Below are positions 18,414 through 19,865 of a stretch of 19,865 nucleotides of DNA, in pieces. A program made the translations under genes and the position numbers. Location of the stretch: contig NW_021824104.1 of the NCBI RefSeq assembly GCF_006345805.1, positions 1-19,865 of the forward strand. The letters are read 5' to 3'. The number at the start of each line of letters is the position of its first letter. Position 1 is the first letter of the stretch. The notes under the pieces are model-generated. The model did no database searches and had not been told where the DNA came from. It saw only the letters and a list, made by a program, of their open reading frames with translations. This DNA is from Octopus sinensis (Eukaryota).

Positions 18414-19595
18414 AAATTAATTGTAAGGTCGGACTTATATTTCGGAGAGATCTATGAAAATTAACATCCACATCATGTGATGTATTACAATAATGATTGC
18501 AGGTGTAGGTTTCAGGACTAATGATTGTCCATTACTTGAACGTTTGCGCTATCAGCCCTATCGTAAGCATTTGAGACAATGATATTCCATTGTCCCACAC
18601 CCTACCGTCTTAACCACGGAAAGAACACAACACACATTGCGATGTAAGTAAATCAACGGCATGATCATGGCCGAAACGCCTCTGATCATAGTCTTGTCAT
18701 CATTGAACAACAAGCATTCTTTACAAATAACTGAAATATATTCTGCGAAACGAGGAAAATTGGCCGGGTTTCCATTTTAGTAACTAGAGCGATGAGGTCC
18801 TATTTTTGAGCAGATATCGCCATCCCAATAATCGGTAAAAACAATGGCGTTTGTTTTAGAAAAGCGACAAGTAGATAAGAATATTCTGTGGGTGTTGTCA
18901 GGACATATGAAAAATAAAGTTTTGGTAATATAATAGAAGTCGAGGACATGAAATCGTGATTAAGGTCGTGATTTCAGATCCTGGGACGAGTGATGTTTTG
19001 TGCGCAGAACAATTCATCTTATGTTGCACAGCGACCATTTCAACACTCGACGTGTAGGAATGGTGACTAGCTGGAAAATGGATTTATTTTCCGGATATTA
19101 AAGAATTTCAGCCAATCACATACATCAAGAAAACATACTGCCACTCTCGTTTTAAAAATAATTAGAGAATTATTACAACAGGATATTTCATTCAGTATGC
19201 TTTTCGGATAGCACCTGGAAGGTTGAGACAAAAAACTTATATGAGGCAATAGAATATTCCGATAAGTGGATAAAACATTTAATTTCTGTCAAAAATTCAA
19301 ACCGAAGTCATATTTGGGGCCGGCTCTATAAAGGTAAATCAATTTTTGTTACTTTTCTTTTAAGATTTAACATTTGTATCTACACACACATGTATATATG
19401 ATTTATTTTTCCCTCTCTCTCTATCTTTCTATAACTATGCAAATTAATACAATTAATTGTTCCTGACGATCATTTGTCGGTGAGATTTTGTTCCAAGCAA
19501 CCATAACGTTGTTACATGCACGTCAGAAATTATTATTAAACATTCTTTGTCCTGTTCATCCTATATATAGACTTCTACATAAACACATATGCATA

Positions 19596-19865
19596 GGCGT
19601 GGCTATGTGGTAAGAAACATGCTTCACAAGCAGATAGTTCCAGGTTCAGTTTCACTGCATGGCAATTTGGGAAAGTGTCTTCTACTATAACCTCAGACCG
19701 ACCAAAGCCTTACGAGTGGATTTGGTAGACGGAAACCGAAAGAAGTGCGTTCTATATGTATCTATATATATTGAAGCATATATGTGTTTGTGTGTGTGGT
19801 GTGTGAGTTTGTTTGTTTGTGTTTGTGTGTTTCTGTCTTTGCGACTATGTTTGTTACCCATTCAT
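19596..19865 (+). mobile_element. SINE family 2, head and internal TG-rich tract, running to the window edge
   Basis: GGCGTGGCTATGTGGTAAG...GGTTCAGTTTCACTGCATGGCA...GTGTCTTCTACTATA...GAGTGGATTTGGTAGACGGAAACCGAAAGAAG, followed by TA/TG repeats. Confidence 0.85.

Noticed and set aside
18420-19340. Possible DNA transposon or other repeat remnant
   Set aside because: I found no terminal inverted repeats, transposase motifs or second copy in the window. Left unannotated pending a repeat-library search.

Overview
Non-coding, repeat-dominated animal genomic DNA. The two SINE families and the microsatellite density resemble Octopus/cephalopod DNA (recognised from memory, not verified). No intact protein-coding gene is supported. 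Positions 1-13476 are a head-to-tail array of a ~560-bp unit (24 full copies plus an 82-bp partial copy). The array ends in a 222-bp inverted copy of part of the unit (13480-13701) that abuts a (TA)n microsatellite. On the minus strand each unit carries a type I hammerhead-ribozyme motif: UGAG-CUGAUGA-[helix II]-GAAA-C-GUAC-G-UU/CUCA. Its very short helix III with a palindromic loop matches the minimal, dimer-cleaving hammerheads of Penelope-like elements and animal non-LTR retrozymes. Most of the unit can fold into long stems, and one hairpin is fully paired only on the ribozyme strand. Units form a ~5-mer higher-order repeat in which one monomer type has two core substitutions (G5A and G12C). 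The remaining 6 kb holds decayed tRNA-derived SINEs of two families (one nested antisense in another), microsatellites, and a rearranged, degenerate R4/Dong-like LINE fragment. Ribozyme activity, transcription and circularisation are inferences that need testing.
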